A stretch of DNA of 45,432 bases from Mycobacteriales bacterium (GTDB taxonomy: Bacteria; Actinomycetota; Actinomycetes; Mycobacteriales; QHCA01): contig JBAVXU010000110.1 of NCBI GenBank assembly GCA_049698415.1, positions 1 through 45,432 on the forward strand, read 5' to 3'. Of this stretch, positions 1 through 11,192 are shown piece after piece. The notes below the pieces were generated by a model. That model searched no databases and had not been told where the DNA came from. It saw only the letters and a list, made by a program, of their open reading frames with translations. The position numbers and the translations under genes are program-made. Every line of letters begins with the position of its first letter. Positions within the stretch are counted from its first letter, which is position 1.

Positions 1-159
1 GTCGGCTTGTCACTCGGAGGTGCGCTGTCCTTCGTGGACGCCATGTATGCCTTCTCGACGGGACGATTGACTGACGATGTGATGGCCCTGGCGACCGGAG
101 AGATCGCGGACCTGCCGTCAAGCCTAACGGTGGCGCTCGCGAGCGCTGCGCCGCGATAG
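1..159 (+). CDS. 3' end of an upstream CDS entering the window (product unknown)
   Basis: Frame +1 is open from base 1 to TAG at 157-159 (..VGLSLGGALSFVDAMYAFSTGRLTDDVMALATGEIADLPSSLTVALASAAPR*). Third-position G/C bias matches neighbouring genes. No family recognised. Confidence 0.35.
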   Translation, partial: VGLSLGGALSFVDAMYAFSTGRLTDDVMALATGEIADLPSSLTVALASAAPR

Positions 160-162
160 CCT

Positions 163-1821
163 TTGCGCGTGACCCCAGACGACCTCGCCGAGGTCATCCT
201 CGGCGCGGTACGCGACTGTGTGGAGTCCGGATCGCTGTCCGTTGATGTTCCCGCGCGGGTGAGCGTCGAAAGGCCCAAGGTCAGGGCGCACGGAGACTAC
301 GCCACGAATGTCGCGCTTGTGCTGGCCAAGGCGGCGGGTCGGCCCCCGCGGGAGGTCGCCGAGCTCATCGCCGAACGGTTGCGGACCCGCGACGGCATCA
401 GCGGCGTCGACGTCGCCGGCCCCGGATTCCTCAACCTCACCCTGGCCGACCAGGCGCTCGGGCTCATCGCCCGCACCGCAGTGACCGCAGGCGCCGAGTA
501 CGGCCGGACAAGCCTGCTGGCCGGCCAGCGGATCAACCTGGAGTTCGTCTCCGCCAACCCGACCGGCCCCCTGCACCTTGGCCACACCCGATGGGCCGCC
601 GTCGGAGACGCCTTGGGCCGCCTGCTCACCGCGACCGGCGCGGATGTCACCCGGGAGTACTACGTCAACGACGCCGGCGGCCAGATCCCCAGGTTCGCCA
701 ACTCGCTGTACGCCGCCGCGACCGGAGCGCCCGCCCCGACCGACGGCTACGCCGGCGCCTACATCGCCGAAGTGGCCACCCAGGTCGTCGCCAACGAGCC
801 CGACGTGCTCTCCCGTACGCCAGAGGAGGCGACCGAGGTCTTCCGCAGCGAGGGCGTCGCGCTGATGCTCGAGGAGATCAAGCGGACGCTGGCGGACTTC
901 GGCGTGGCCTTCGACGTCTATTTCAGCGAGAAGGCGCTGCACGACAAGGGCGAGTTGGAGGCGGCGCTCAAGCGGCTGCGCGACCAGGGCCGGGTCTTCG
1001 AGGCCGACGGTGCCGTGTGGCTGCGCACGACCGACTTCGGTGACGACAAGGACCGCCCGTTGCTCAAGGCCAACGGCGAGTGGACGTACTTCGCCGCCGA
1101 TGCCGCCTACTACCTCGACAAGCGCGAGCGCGGCTTCGACAAGGTCGTCATCATGCTGGGCTCGGACCACCACGGCTACATCGGCCGCTATCGCGCCCTG
1201 GTCGCGGCCTACGGCGACCCACCCGAGACGCTGGAGATCCAGATCGGCCAGATGGTCAACCTGTTCCGCAACGGCGAGCCGGTGCGCATGAGCAAGCGCG
1301 CGGGCAACATCATCGCGCTGGAAGACCTGGTCGAGGCGATCGGCGTCGACGCGGCGAGGTACGCGCTGACCCGCTCCTCGACCGACTCCCAGCTCGACAT
1401 CGACCTGGACCTGTGGGCCAGCAGGACGAGTGACAATCCGGTGTTCTACGTGCAGTACGCCCACGCACGGATCGCCTCGCTGCTGCGCAATGCCGGCGAG
1501 CTCGGTCTGAGCCACGATCCCGAGGCCGACCTCGGCCTGCTCTCCACCGACCGCGAGGGTGACCTGCTCAGAGCGGTGGGGGAGTTCCCCCGGGTCGTCT
1601 CCAGCGCTGCAGAGCTTCGTGCCCCGCACCGGGTGGCCCGCTATCTCGAGGAGCTTGCCGGGGTCTATCACCGGTTCTACGACGACTGCCGCGTGCTGCC
1701 GCACGGTGACCAGCCCGCGGACGCACTCACCTTCGCCCGCCTCGAGCTGGTCGAGGCCACCAGGGTCGTGCTTGCCAACGGGCTCGCTCTGCTCGGGGTG
1801 AGTGCCCCGGAGCGAATGTGA
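163..1821 (+). CDS. argS: arginine--tRNA ligase
   Basis: 552-aa ORF with the class I HIGH-type motif [12 protein letters not shown] and the KMSKS-like [11 protein letters not shown] start at 163 (alternative GTG at 169). The stop overlaps the lysA start. Confidence 0.95.
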   Translation: MRVTPDDLAEVILGAVRDCVESGSLSVDVPARVSVERPKVRAHGDYATNVALVLAKAAGRPPREVAELIAERLRTRDGISGVDVAGPGFLNLTLADQALGLIARTAVTAGAEYGRTSLLAGQRINLEFVSANPTGPLHLGHTRWAAVGDALGRLLTATGADVTREYYVNDAGGQIPRFANSLYAAATGAPAPTDGYAGAYIAEVATQVVANEPDVLSRTPEEATEVFRSEGVALMLEEIKRTLADFGVAFDVYFSEKALHDKGELEAALKRLRDQGRVFEADGAVWLRTTDFGDDKDRPLLKANGEWTYFAADAAYYLDKRERGFDKVVIMLGSDHHGYIGRYRALVAAYGDPPETLEIQIGQMVNLFRNGEPVRMSKRAGNIIALEDLVEAIGVDAARYALTRSSTDSQLDIDLDLWASRTSDNPVFYVQYAHARIASLLRNAGELGLSHDPEADLGLLSTDREGDLLRAVGEFPRVVSSAAELRAPHRVARYLEELAGVYHRFYDDCRVLPHGDQPADALTFARLELVEATRVVLANGLALLGVSAPERM

Positions 1822-3200
1822 GGGCGCATCCCGCCGGTCCACTGCACGCGGATCTGGTGCGTGCCTCGCCGGCCATGCCGGCCGAGGCCGATCTCAACGC
1901 GTTGCACCCGCAGCTGTGGCCACGATCGGCGGTCCGGGTCGACGGCGTGCTGATGCTGGGCGGTGTCGACGTACGCGACCTTGCCGCCAAGCACGGCACG
2001 CCGGCCTTCATCCTCGACGAGGACGACTTCAGGTCGCGCTGCCACGACTACCGCGCGGCGTTCGGTCAGGGAGCCGACGTCTACTACGCCGGCAAGGCGT
2101 TCCTGTGCGCCGAGGTGGCCCGCTGGGTGCGCGACGAGGGCTTGCGGCTCGACGTGTGTTCCGGCGGAGAGCTCGCGCTGGCGCTGCGGGCCGGCTTTCC
2201 GCCGGAGCGGATCGCCTTCCACGGCAACAACAAGACGTCGGCCGAGCTCAGCGCCGCCCTCGATGCCGACGTGGGCCGGATCGTCGTCGACTCCTACGAA
2301 GAGATCACCCGGCTGGCCGACATCGCCGTGCGCACCGGGCAGCGCCCCAAGGTGCAGATCCGGGCCACCGTCGGGGTGGAGGCGCACACCCACGAGTACA
2401 TCGCCACGGCCCACGAGGACCAGAAGTTCGGCTTCTCGATGACGGCCGGTGCCGTGCTCGAGGCGGTGCGCCGGATCCGGATGCTGCCGCTGCTCGACCT
2501 GCTGGGCCTGCACAGCCATATCGGCTCCCAGATCTTCGACACCGCCGGCTTCGAGGTGTCGGCGCACCGGGTCGTCGAGTTGCTTGCCGCGGTTCGCGAC
2601 GAGCACGGGATCGAGTTGCCCGAGATCGGCCTCGGCGGCGGCCTGGGGATTGCCTACACAGCGCAGGACGACCCGCTCGATCCGCGTCAGGTGGCCGATT
2701 CGCTGCGCGAGATCGTCGCGCGGGAGTGCGCTGCGGTCGGCCTCGCGGTGCCTCGGCTCTCCGTCGAGCCCGGGCGGGCGATCGCCGGACCCGGCACGGT
2801 CACGTTGTACGAAGTCGGCACGGTCAAGAACGTCGACGGGATCCGCACCTACATCAGCGTCGGCGGCGGGATGAGCGACAACATCCGCACCGCGCTGTAC
2901 GACGCGGAGTACACCTGCGCCCTGGTCTCGCGGGCCAGCCCAGCCCGGCCGATGCTGACCCGGATCGTCGGCTCGCACTGCGAGTCCGGAGACGTGGTCG
3001 TACGAGACGCCTGGCTGCCGTCAGACATCGTGCCGGGCGACCTCATCGCCGTCGCGGCGACCGGTGCCTACTGCCGGTCGATGGCCAGCAACTACAACGT
3101 CGTGGGCCGTCCGCCGGTCGTCGCGGTCCGTGGCGGGGTGTCGCGTGAGGTGGTCCGGCGGGAGACCATCGACGACCTGCTCCGGCTGGATGTCGGATGA
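1818..3200 (+). CDS. lysA: diaminopimelate decarboxylase
   Basis: 460-aa ORF with PLP-lysine context YYAGKAF plus [18 protein letters not shown] and CESGD motifs. GTG start overlaps the argS stop (GTGA-type overlap). Confidence 0.95.
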   Translation: MRAHPAGPLHADLVRASPAMPAEADLNALHPQLWPRSAVRVDGVLMLGGVDVRDLAAKHGTPAFILDEDDFRSRCHDYRAAFGQGADVYYAGKAFLCAEVARWVRDEGLRLDVCSGGELALALRAGFPPERIAFHGNNKTSAELSAALDADVGRIVVDSYEEITRLADIAVRTGQRPKVQIRATVGVEAHTHEYIATAHEDQKFGFSMTAGAVLEAVRRIRMLPLLDLLGLHSHIGSQIFDTAGFEVSAHRVVELLAAVRDEHGIELPEIGLGGGLGIAYTAQDDPLDPRQVADSLREIVARECAAVGLAVPRLSVEPGRAIAGPGTVTLYEVGTVKNVDGIRTYISVGGGMSDNIRTALYDAEYTCALVSRASPARPMLTRIVGSHCESGDVVVRDAWLPSDIVPGDLIAVAATGAYCRSMASNYNVVGRPPVVAVRGGVSREVVRRETIDDLLRLDVG

Positions 3201-4498
3201 GATCCGAACCATTGCGGATCGCTCTGCTGGGCTGCGGCACCGTCGGATCGCAGGTGGTGCGCCTGCTCCAGGAGCACTCCGCCGACCTCGCCAGCCGGGT
3301 GGGCGCCCCGCTTGAGATAGCCGGCATCGCCGTCCGCCGCCCGGACCGGGAGCGCAACCTGGCTCTGGACCCGGGGCTGATCACCACGGACGCGGCCGGG
3401 CTGGTGTCGCGTGAGGACATCGACGTCGTCGTCGAGGTGATCGGTGGCATCGAGCCGGCCCGGTCGCTGCTGCTGGCGGCCTTCAAGTCCGGCAAGTCGG
3501 TGGTGACCGCCAACAAGGCACTGCTCGCCGCAGATGGTGCGACCCTTCATGCCGCCGCCCGCGAACACCATGCCGATCTGTACTTCGAGGCGTCGGTGGC
3601 CGGCGCCATCCCGCTGCTGCGCCCGTTGCTGGAGTCGATGGCCGGCGACCGACTGGTCCGGGTGCTGGGCATCGTCAACGGCACGACCAACTACATCCTG
3701 TCCAAGATGGACGAGACCGGCGCCGGATTCGCCGAGGCGCTCGACGAGGCCACCTCACTGGGCTACGCCGAGGCCGACCCGACGGCCGACGTCGAGGGGT
3801 TCGACGCCGCCGCCAAGGCGGCCATCCTGGCCAGCCTCGCCTTCCACTCCCAGGTCACCGTCGCCGACGTTCACCGCGAGGGCATCACCGAGGTGACCTC
3901 GACCGACGTGGCCAGTGCACGAGCGGTCGGGTGCGTCGTGAAGTTGCTGGCGATCTGCGAAAAGACCGGGCAGGACGAGGGAATCGGCGTTCGCGTGCAT
4001 CCGGCGATGATCCCGCGCACGCATCCGTTGGCGGCGGTCGGCGGCGCCTTCAACGCCGTCTTCGTCGAGGGGGAGGCATCCGGGCCGCTGATGTTCTACG
4101 GCCAGGGCGCCGGTGGCGCACCCACCGCCAGTGCGGTGCTCGGCGACCTGGTCGCCGTCTGCCGCAATCGCATCAGTGGCGCACGTGGCGTGGGCGAGTC
4201 CTCCTATGCCGATCTGCCCGTCCGGCCGATGGGTGAGGCGCAGACCCGCTATCACGTCAGCCTCGAAGTCGCCGACGAGGCCGGCGTTCTGGCCGCGGTC
4301 GCGCTCGCCTTCGCCGCCCATGACGTCTCGATCGAGACCGTCCGCCAGGAGGGCCGCGGCGCGGCGGCGTCGCTGGTGCTGGTCACCCACGTCGCCTCCG
4401 ATGCTGCGCTGTCGGCGACGGTCGAGGACCTGCGGGAGCTCCCGGCCGTACGCGGCGTCGCCAGCGTCATGCGGGTGGAGGGGATGGACGCTCGATGA
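3197..4498 (+). CDS. hom: homoserine dehydrogenase
   Basis: 433-aa ORF with N-terminal NAD-binding [18 protein letters not shown], and a C-terminal ACT-like domain. ATGA overlap with lysA. Confidence 0.95.
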   Translation: MRSEPLRIALLGCGTVGSQVVRLLQEHSADLASRVGAPLEIAGIAVRRPDRERNLALDPGLITTDAAGLVSREDIDVVVEVIGGIEPARSLLLAAFKSGKSVVTANKALLAADGATLHAAAREHHADLYFEASVAGAIPLLRPLLESMAGDRLVRVLGIVNGTTNYILSKMDETGAGFAEALDEATSLGYAEADPTADVEGFDAAAKAAILASLAFHSQVTVADVHREGITEVTSTDVASARAVGCVVKLLAICEKTGQDEGIGVRVHPAMIPRTHPLAAVGGAFNAVFVEGEASGPLMFYGQGAGGAPTASAVLGDLVAVCRNRISGARGVGESSYADLPVRPMGEAQTRYHVSLEVADEAGVLAAVALAFAAHDVSIETVRQEGRGAAASLVLVTHVASDAALSATVEDLRELPAVRGVASVMRVEGMDAR

Positions 4499-5550
4499 CG
4501 AACTGGCGGGGGGTGATCGAGGAGTACCGCGACTGGCTTCCGGTGTCGCCGGCAACCGATGTGATCACGCTGTTCGAAGGCGGGACCGCGTTGCTGCCCG
4601 CGCCGGAGTTGTCCCGGCGCACCGGCTGCGAGGTCCATCTCAAGGTCGAGGGCGCCAACCCGACCGGGTCGTTCAAGGACCGGGGGATGACCCTGGCGAT
4701 CACCAAGGCCAAGGAAGAAGGCTCGGTCGCGGTCATCTGCGCCTCGACCGGCAACACCAGCGCCAGCGCCGCGGCCTACGCCGTGCGTGCCGGCATGACG
4801 TGCGCGGTGCTGGTCCCTCAGGGCCGCATAGCGATGGGCAAGATGGCGCAGGCGCTCGTACACGGCGCGCGGTTGCTCGAGGTCGAGGGCGGCTTCGACG
4901 AGTGCCTCGGGGTGGCGCGTGAGTTGTCGGACTCCTATCCGGTGTCGCTGGTCAACTCGGTCAACGAATACCGCATCGAGGGTCAGAAGACCGCGGCGTT
5001 CGAGGTGGTCGACACGCTTGGCCGGGCTCCCGACGTGCACTGCCTGCCGGTCGGCAACGCCGGCAACATCACGGCCTACTGGCGCGGATATCGCGAGTAC
5101 GCCGAGAAGGGCGTGGCGGATTCGCTGCCCAAGATGTGGGGTTTTCAGGCCGCCGGAGCGGCACCGATCGTCCTCGGTCACACCGTCGCGACGCCGACCA
5201 CGGTCGCGACAGCCATCCGGATCGGCAATCCGGCCTCCTGGAAGCAGGCGCTGGCCGCACGTGACGAGTCCGGCGGCGCGATCGAGTCGGTGACCGACCG
5301 GCAGATCCTCGCGGCCTACCGGATCCTGGCCCAGAAGGAAGGCGTGTTCGTCGAGCCGGCATCTGCGGCCGGGGTGGCCGGACTGCTGCAGGCCGCGGAG
5401 CAACGGACACTCCAGACCGGGCAGGTCGTCGTCTGCACAGTGACCGGGCACGGGCTCAAGGACCCCGAGTGGGCGATCTCGGCCGCTCCAGAACCGGTCG
5501 TCATCCGCCCCGACGCAGAGTCGGCGGCCACAGCATTGGGGCTGATCTGA
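4495..5550 (+). CDS. thrC: threonine synthase
   Basis: 351-aa ORF with PLP-lysine motif [15 protein letters not shown] overlap with hom. Confidence 0.95.
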   Translation: MTNWRGVIEEYRDWLPVSPATDVITLFEGGTALLPAPELSRRTGCEVHLKVEGANPTGSFKDRGMTLAITKAKEEGSVAVICASTGNTSASAAAYAVRAGMTCAVLVPQGRIAMGKMAQALVHGARLLEVEGGFDECLGVARELSDSYPVSLVNSVNEYRIEGQKTAAFEVVDTLGRAPDVHCLPVGNAGNITAYWRGYREYAEKGVADSLPKMWGFQAAGAAPIVLGHTVATPTTVATAIRIGNPASWKQALAARDESGGAIESVTDRQILAAYRILAQKEGVFVEPASAAGVAGLLQAAEQRTLQTGQVVVCTVTGHGLKDPEWAISAAPEPVVIRPDAESAATALGLI

Positions 5551-6461
5551 TGGCGCGCCTGTCGTTTCGCGCCGCTCCCGTACGCGTACGCGTGCCGGCC
5601 ACCAGCGCCAACCTCGGCCCGGGCTTCGATGCCTTCGGCCTGGCCCTCTCGCTCTACGACGACGTCGTGGTGCGCGTCGCCGACTCCGGCCTCGAGGTGG
5701 ATGTCGCAGGTGAGGGCGCCGACGTGGTCCCCCGCAATGCGCGCAACCTCGTCGTCAAGGCACTGCGTACGACGTTCGCCGAACTCGGCGGCCATCCGCG
5801 AGGCCTGGAAGTGGTGTGCGCCAACCGGATCCCGCAGTCACGCGGGCTCGGCTCGTCGGCGGCCGCGATCGTCGCCGGCGTCGTCGCCGCGCGTGCTCTG
5901 GTCCTCGGCGGTGAGGAGTTGCTCGATCAGCAGGGGGCGCTCTCGCTGGCGGCGCGGATCGAGGGACATCCCGACAACGTGGCCGCCTGCCTGCTCGGCG
6001 GTCTCACCATCGCCTGGACCGAGAGCGGGGTCGCCCGGGCGATCTCTCTCGACCCCTCGGCGACCCTGCGACCGGTGCTGTTCGTTCCCACGACCAAGTC
6101 ATCGACGGCCCGCGCCCGCAAGGTCCTGCCGGAGACGGTGCCGCACGCCGATGCCGCCGCCAACGCCGCCCGCGCGGCCCTGCTCATACCCGCGCTCACC
6201 GACCGGCCCGACCTCCTGATGGCCGCCACCGAGGATCGCCTGCACCAGGACGCGCGGGCGCCGTCGATGCCTCGTACCACCTCATTGCTACGCAAGTTGC
6301 GGGCCGATTCGATCCCGGCCGTGGTCTCGGGCGCCGGACCGGCCGTGCTAGCCCTCGTCACGCCCGACCAGGACCTCACCGGCTATGCCGGAAAGGTGTG
6401 GGAACACCTGCCGGTCGAGATCGATCGGGAGGGCGCGTCGCTGCGGCCGTTGCACACCTGA
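5550..6461 (+). CDS. thrB: homoserine kinase
   Basis: GHMP-kinase motifs PATSANLGPGFD and IPQSRGLGSSAA. The computed ORF starts at 5469; I place the start at the ATG at 5550, which overlaps the thrC TGA (ATGA) and gives [10 protein letters not shown]. Confidence 0.92.
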   Translation: MARLSFRAAPVRVRVPATSANLGPGFDAFGLALSLYDDVVVRVADSGLEVDVAGEGADVVPRNARNLVVKALRTTFAELGGHPRGLEVVCANRIPQSRGLGSSAAAIVAGVVAARALVLGGEELLDQQGALSLAARIEGHPDNVAACLLGGLTIAWTESGVARAISLDPSATLRPVLFVPTTKSSTARARKVLPETVPHADAAANAARAALLIPALTDRPDLLMAATEDRLHQDARAPSMPRTTSLLRKLRADSIPAVVSGAGPAVLALVTPDQDLTGYAGKVWEHLPVEIDREGASLRPLHT

Positions 6462-6761
6462 ACTGCCAGATCACAGGGTGTATCGGGAACACGCCAGGCG
6501 CGCCTAATGTTGCCTAATACGTCGGGCCTGCTCTACTGTCTGACTACAGCCGTTTCAGGGCGTGCCGATTGAACACCTAGCAACCTGCCCACGGCCCAAT
6601 CAAGTTTTGTGGGTCTAGCGGGTCGCGTGGTCGCCTCGGCGGTTGACTCAACACATATGTCCCTCGCAATGACGCGAGGGCCACAACCCGGTCATGTTGG
6701 CTGGGCGCAGAACAACGGTCGCGGAGCCAAATTGCCCCGACCACGTAGGGGAAGGACCCCA
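6462..6761 (+). promoter_or_regulatory. long rho 5' leader / promoter region
   Basis: 300-bp non-coding gap, visibly less GC-rich than its flanks. Contains the direct repeat GCCTAAT at 6502-6508 and 6512-6518, a perfect 7-bp hairpin CCCTCGC-aatgac-GCGAGGG at 6661-6680, and the RBS GGGGAAGGA at 6748-6756. Its function is inferred from the known autoregulation of rho via its leader. Confidence 0.35.
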
Positions 6762-8786
6762 TTGAACAACACCTCAGACATCCTCGCTGATGGGCGCACG
6801 AGCGCCGGGTCATCGGATGTCTCAACGTCCTCGTCAGACGCGGCACCAGCCGCTGCGGCCGGGGCGTCAGACGACTCCAAGCCACGTCGCCGTACCACCG
6901 GGCTCTCCGGCATGGTGCTGCCCGAGTTGCAGGCCCTCGCGGCCGGTCTCGGCATCCCGAGTACGGGACGGATGCGCAAGAGTGACCTCATCTCAGCTAT
7001 TCAGGCTCGCCAGTCCGGCTCGTCGTCGCCGGGCAACGGCGCGAGTACGCCATCGACCGACAGCGTGCCGGTCAGCGCCGATGCGGCGTCCGCGCCGTCC
7101 AACGGCCAGCAGGGCGAAGCCCGCGACTCCGGCCGTCCGGCCGACCAGTCGGGCGACCAGGCGCGTTCGCGTACGCGTCGCGGCGCCAGCAGACCGGCCG
7201 GCGCGCCGAGCGGCGACAGCGACGGTGGCCAGGATTCATCCGGCGCGACCGACTCGTCCGTCGCGACCTCGCAGCGCAACGACCAGCCTCGCGGCGATTC
7301 GCAGCAGAACGCCGACGGCGAAGGACAGGCCGGCGGACGCCCGCCCAGGGATCGCCAGCGCGAGCCGCGTCAGCGCGACCGGCAGGGCGGCAACCAAGGC
7401 AATCAGGACCGCCAGGGCGGTTCGCAGGGCGGCCAGCGCAACCAGGGCAACCAGGACCGGCAAGGCGGCCAGCAGGGCAATCAAGGCAGTCGCGATCGCA
7501 ACGACAATGCCGATCGCGGTCCCGATCGCGACGAGGACGACAGCGATGGCGGCGGTCGTAGCCGGCGTCGTGGCCGGTTCAGGGAGCGCAACCGCAACCG
7601 CAGCGGCCGCGACCGGTTCGGCAACGAGCCAGATCCCGTGGTCAGCGAGGACGACGTCCTGATCCCGGTCGCGGGCATCGTCGACGTTCTCGACAACTAC
7701 AGCTTCATCCGCACCTCCGGCTACCTGCCGGGATCCAACGACGTCTACGTCTCGATGTCGCAGGTGCGCAAGTACGCCATGCGCCGCGGCGACGCGGTCA
7801 CCGGTGCCGTCCGGCAGCCGAAGGAAGGCGAGCGGCGCGACAAGTTCAACGCGCTGGTCCGTCTCGACACGGTCAACGGGATGGATCCCGAGGAGGCCAA
7901 GAAGCGGCCGGAGTTCCACAAGCTCACGCCGCTGTACCCCCAGGAGCGGCTGCGCCTGGAGACCGAGCCGAACATGCTCACGACGCGCGTGATCGACCTG
8001 GTCATGCCGATCGGCAAGGGCCAGCGTGCGCTGATCGTCAGCCCACCCAAGGCGGGCAAGACGATGGTGCTGCAGGCCATCGCCAACGCGATCACCACGA
8101 ACAACCCCGAGTGCCACCTGATGGTCGTGCTGGTCGACGAGCGACCTGAAGAGGTCACGGACATGCAGCGATCGGTCAAGGGTGAGGTCATCGCCTCGAC
8201 CTTCGACCGCCCGCCGACAGACCACACCACCGTCGCCGAGCTCTCCATCGAGCGGGCCAAGCGGCTGGTGGAGCTGGGTCACGATGTCGTCGTGCTGCTC
8301 GACTCGATCACCCGTCTGGGCCGTGCCTACAACCTGGCTGCCCCTGCCAGCGGCCGGATCCTCTCCGGTGGCGTCGACTCGACGGCGCTCTATCCGCCCA
8401 AGCGTTTCCTCGGCGCGGCCCGAAACATCGAGAACGGTGGGTCGCTGACCATCATGGCGACCGCGCTGGTCGAGACCGGGTCGACGATGGACACGGTCAT
8501 CTTCGAGGAGTTCAAGGGCACCGGCAACGCCGAGCTGAAGCTCGACCGCAAGATCGCCGACAAGCGGGTCTTCCCCGCGATCGACGTCGATCCGTCCGGC
8601 ACCCGTAAGGAGGAGCTGCTGCTGTCACCCGAGGAGCTCTCGATCGTGATCAAGTTGCGCCGGGTGCTGCACGCGCTCGACCCGCAGCAGGCTCTCGAGC
8701 TGCTGCTGGATCGGATGCGCAAGACACCGACCAACGCCGAGTTCCTGATGCAGATCCAGAAGACGACGGTCAACCCCGAGTCGTGA
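6762..8786 (+). CDS. rho: transcription termination factor Rho with a large actinobacterial N-terminal insertion
   Basis: RNA-binding core [20 protein letters not shown], Walker [17 protein letters not shown] and RLGRAYN. The ORF is open from 6609. I prefer the TTG at 6762 (in frame, 5 nt after GGGGAAGGA), giving LNNTSDIL..; the start is uncertain. Confidence 0.92.
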   Translation: MNNTSDILADGRTSAGSSDVSTSSSDAAPAAAAGASDDSKPRRRTTGLSGMVLPELQALAAGLGIPSTGRMRKSDLISAIQARQSGSSSPGNGASTPSTDSVPVSADAASAPSNGQQGEARDSGRPADQSGDQARSRTRRGASRPAGAPSGDSDGGQDSSGATDSSVATSQRNDQPRGDSQQNADGEGQAGGRPPRDRQREPRQRDRQGGNQGNQDRQGGSQGGQRNQGNQDRQGGQQGNQGSRDRNDNADRGPDRDEDDSDGGGRSRRRGRFRERNRNRSGRDRFGNEPDPVVSEDDVLIPVAGIVDVLDNYSFIRTSGYLPGSNDVYVSMSQVRKYAMRRGDAVTGAVRQPKEGERRDKFNALVRLDTVNGMDPEEAKKRPEFHKLTPLYPQERLRLETEPNMLTTRVIDLVMPIGKGQRALIVSPPKAGKTMVLQAIANAITTNNPECHLMVVLVDERPEEVTDMQRSVKGEVIASTFDRPPTDHTTVAELSIERAKRLVELGHDVVVLLDSITRLGRAYNLAAPASGRILSGGVDSTALYPPKRFLGAARNIENGGSLTIMATALVETGSTMDTVIFEEFKGTGNAELKLDRKIADKRVFPAIDVDPSGTRKEELLLSPEELSIVIKLRRVLHALDPQQALELLLDRMRKTPTNAEFLMQIQKTTVNPES

Positions 8787-8861
8787 CAGGGCGGTCCTGA
8801 GCCAGGACTGTCGGGGGTCGATGCTTGGCTGGACCGCCACCGCAACGACCTGGAGGTTGAC

Positions 8862-9647
8862 ATGCCCACCCGAAGCGAGTCCTGGCCCGCCGGCACGCCG
8901 TCCTGGATCGACCTCACGGTCCCTGACCTCGAGGCGGCCAAGACGTTCTACGGCGACGTTGCCGGCTGGACCTTCGTCGACACCGGCGCTGATTTCGGCC
9001 ACTACACGCTGTGCCAGGCCGGTGGCCGCAACGCCGCGGCCCTCAGCCCGCCGCAGGGTCCGGAGCAACCGTCGGCCTGGACCGTCTACCTCGCCACCGA
9101 CGACACCGACGCGAGCGCCAAGCAGGTTGTCGCCAACGGTGGCTCGATCATCGTCGACCCGATGGATATCCCGGGCACCGGCAAGATGGCCATCGCACGC
9201 GATCCGCAAGGCGCGTCTTTCGGTCTCTGGCAGTCGGCCGGAATGATCGGCACCGAGGTCTATTCCGAGCCAGGTGCGCTGGTCTGGACAGATCTGCGCA
9301 CGAGCGATCCCGACGCGGCTCGCAGCTTCTACGCCGCCCTGTTCGGCTACCACTACAAACCGATGGAGGGTGCACCCGACGCCTATCAGGTCTTCGGCTT
9401 CGACGGAGCCCGCGACGGCGAGACGGTCGGCGGAATCGGCCCGATGATGCACGCTGGCGACACCTCACCGCCGCACTGGATCGCCTACGTGATCGTGACC
9501 GATGCCGAGGCTTCCGCGGCGGCCGCACGCTCGGGCGGCGGCAGCGTGGCGACCGAGCCGTTCGACACCCCGTTCGGCAAGATGGCCGAGCTGGTCGACC
9601 CCTTCGGAGCGAAGCTCGCCATCATGGGAGTTCCGCCCTCGAGCTGA
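8862..9647 (+). CDS. two-domain VOC/glyoxalase-family protein
   Basis: 261 aa with two tandem halves, each carrying a VOC-like W.DL..D...A..FY...GW/Y signature ([26 protein letters not shown] and [26 protein letters not shown]). GGAGG RBS upstream of the ATG. Confidence 0.85.
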   Translation: MPTRSESWPAGTPSWIDLTVPDLEAAKTFYGDVAGWTFVDTGADFGHYTLCQAGGRNAAALSPPQGPEQPSAWTVYLATDDTDASAKQVVANGGSIIVDPMDIPGTGKMAIARDPQGASFGLWQSAGMIGTEVYSEPGALVWTDLRTSDPDAARSFYAALFGYHYKPMEGAPDAYQVFGFDGARDGETVGGIGPMMHAGDTSPPHWIAYVIVTDAEASAAAARSGGGSVATEPFDTPFGKMAELVDPFGAKLAIMGVPPSS

Positions 9648-9760
9648 GCGCGAGACTGCGGGAATCCTGCCGGGTCACGCAGCGTTTTCACGGAAGTACG
9701 CCACGCCTGGCACACTGGTGGGCGACATCCGGCTCCGGTTCACGGCATTGGGCGCATTTC

Positions 9761-9782
9761 TGGCGACCCGGTGGCGACCCGG
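9761..9782 (+). repeat. perfect tandem 11-bp direct repeat TGGCGACCCGG x2, just upstream of the rpmE RBS
   Basis: Read directly: 9761-9771 and 9772-9782 are identical. The RBS AGGAGAGG follows at 9791-9798. Confidence 0.9.
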
Positions 9783-9805
9783 CGGCCACTAGGAGAGGAA
9801 CACTC

Positions 9806-10018
9806 GTGAAAACCGGCATTCACCCCGACTACGTCGAAACGACGGTCAGCTGCAGCTGCGGGAGCACCTTCACCACGCGCAGCACGGCCAAGAGCGGCAC
9901 CATCCACGCCGACGTCTGCTCGCAGTGCCACCCGTTCTACACCGGCAAGCAGAAGATTCTGGACACCGGCGGCCGGGTCGCCCGCTTCGAGAAGCGATTC
10001 GGAAAGCGCGCCAAGTAG
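9806..10018 (+). CDS. rpmE: 50S ribosomal protein L31 (Cys-containing, Zn-ribbon type)
   Basis: [22 protein letters not shown]...[16 protein letters not shown] at 9806 lies after AGGAGAGG. The computed ORF (9011-) is a spurious 5' extension. Confidence 0.93.
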   Translation: MKTGIHPDYVETTVSCSCGSTFTTRSTAKSGTIHADVCSQCHPFYTGKQKILDTGGRVARFEKRFGKRAK

Positions 10019-10024
10019 CTACGC

Positions 10025-10061
10025 CGACGGCGCCCGTCCCCTCCGGGGCTGGGCGCCGTCG
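10025..10061 (+). terminator. GC-rich hairpin after rpmE (candidate intrinsic terminator)
   Basis: Perfect 11-bp stem, CGACGGCGCCC (10025-10035) pairing with GGGCGCCGTCG (10051-10061), with an inner CCCC/GGGG helix. Starts 7 nt after the rpmE TAG. No U-tract. Confidence 0.5.
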
Positions 10062-10106
10062 CCATGTTCGCCCCACCGATCGCGACCCGCACCCGACGCC
10101 CCACTG

Positions 10107-11192
10107 GTGAGAACCGAGACGATGACCGAGTCCCCGCCCAGCAGCCTGGCAGCGATGCTCGCGGAGCACGCCGAGCTCGAGCAGCAGTTGGCGGACCCGG
10201 CCGTGCACGCCGACCAGTCCCGGGCGCGTGAGCTGGCCAAGCGCTATGCCGAGCTCGGCCCGGTCGTGGACACCGTGCGCGAGCTGGAGACCGTACGCGC
10301 CGACCTGCAGGCGGCCGCGGAGCTGGGCGCGGACGACGCCAGCTTCGCCGCGGAGGCGGAGTCGCTGGCCGTACGGGTGACCGCGCTCGAGGACCGGTTG
10401 CGGGCGTTGTTGCTGCCGCGCGACCCCAACGACGGCAAGGACGTCATCCTGGAGATCAAGGCGGGGGAGGGCGGAGAGGAGTCGGCGCTGTTCGCCGGCG
10501 ACCTGCTGCGGATGTACCTCCGCTACGCCGAGCGCCAGCGCTGGCGGGCCGAGATCCTCGATGCGGTCGAGAGCGATCTCGGCGGCTACAAAGGCGTATC
10601 GGTCGCCATCAAGGCGCGCGGAGGTGTCTGGCAGCGGCTGAAGTACGAAGGCGGCGTCCACCGGGTGCAACGGGTGCCGGTGACCGAGTCGCAGGGCCGC
10701 ATCCACACCTCCGCCGCCGGAGTGCTCGTCCTTCCCGAGGCCGAGGACATCGACGTCACCATCGACCCCAACGACCTGCGGATCGACGTCTACCGTTCCT
10801 CCGGCCCGGGCGGGCAGTCGGTCAACACGACCGACTCGGCCGTACGCATCACGCATGTGCCCACCGGCACTGTGGTGTCGATGCAGAACGAGAAGAGCCA
10901 ACTGCAGAACCGCGAGGCCGGCCTGCGGGTGCTGCGAGCGCGACTGCTTGCCCTGGCTCAGGAGGAGGCCGCCGAGGTGGCCTCGGACGCCCGCCGCAGC
11001 CAGGTGCGCACTGTCGACCGCAGCGAGCGGGTCCGCACGTACAACTTCGCCGAGAACCGCATCTCCGACCACCGGGTCAACTTCAAGGCCTACAACCTCG
11101 ACCAGGTCCTCGACGGTGAGCTCGATGCCGTGATCGACGCGCTCGTCGCAGGTGACACGGCCGCCGCACTCTCCGGGGCCCAGGACTCATGA
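10107..11192 (+). CDS. prfA: peptide chain release factor 1
   Basis: GGQ motif [11 protein letters not shown] and RF1-type PVT tripeptide ([14 protein letters not shown]). GTG at 10107, alternative ATG at 10122. Confidence 0.95.
   Translation: MRTETMTESPPSSLAAMLAEHAELEQQLADPAVHADQSRARELAKRYAELGPVVDTVRELETVRADLQAAAELGADDASFAAEAESLAVRVTALEDRLRALLLPRDPNDGKDVILEIKAGEGGEESALFAGDLLRMYLRYAERQRWRAEILDAVESDLGGYKGVSVAIKARGGVWQRLKYEGGVHRVQRVPVTESQGRIHTSAAGVLVLPEAEDIDVTIDPNDLRIDVYRSSGPGGQSVNTTDSAVRITHVPTGTVVSMQNEKSQLQNREAGLRVLRARLLALAQEEAAEVASDARRSQVRTVDRSERVRTYNFAENRISDHRVNFKAYNLDQVLDGELDAVIDALVAGDTAAALSGAQDS

Noticed and set aside
5469-5549. 5' extensions of computed ORFs: thrB from 5469, rpmE from 9011, tsaC from 11821, atpC from 23181, murA from 24570, hbd from 25922, the kinase from 29153, the ferredoxin from 33560, the NuoF-like gene from 34807, the ferric-reductase gene from 35520, the mini-protein from 36631, the ahpD-like gene from 36246, the methyltransferase from 39481, arsR from 41310, the NTF2 gene from 43235 and the cupin from 44624.
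   Set aside because: The extensions overlap the preceding gene or are Arg/Pro-rich junk. Internal starts coincide with RBSs, 4-nt overlaps and the expected N-termini of the families.
6507-6572. 21-codon ORF (MLPNTSGLLYCLTTAVSGRAD) in the rho leader as a possible leader peptide.
   Set aside because: There is no RBS, the third-position composition is unlike coding sequence in this genome, and there is no informative codon run. It was kept only as part of the leader description.
7381-7490. Repetitive DNA that might be a CRISPR array or a VNTR-like array.
   Set aside because: It lies in frame inside rho and encodes the [11 protein letters not shown] low-complexity repeat. The units are imperfect, and there is no repeat-spacer organisation.
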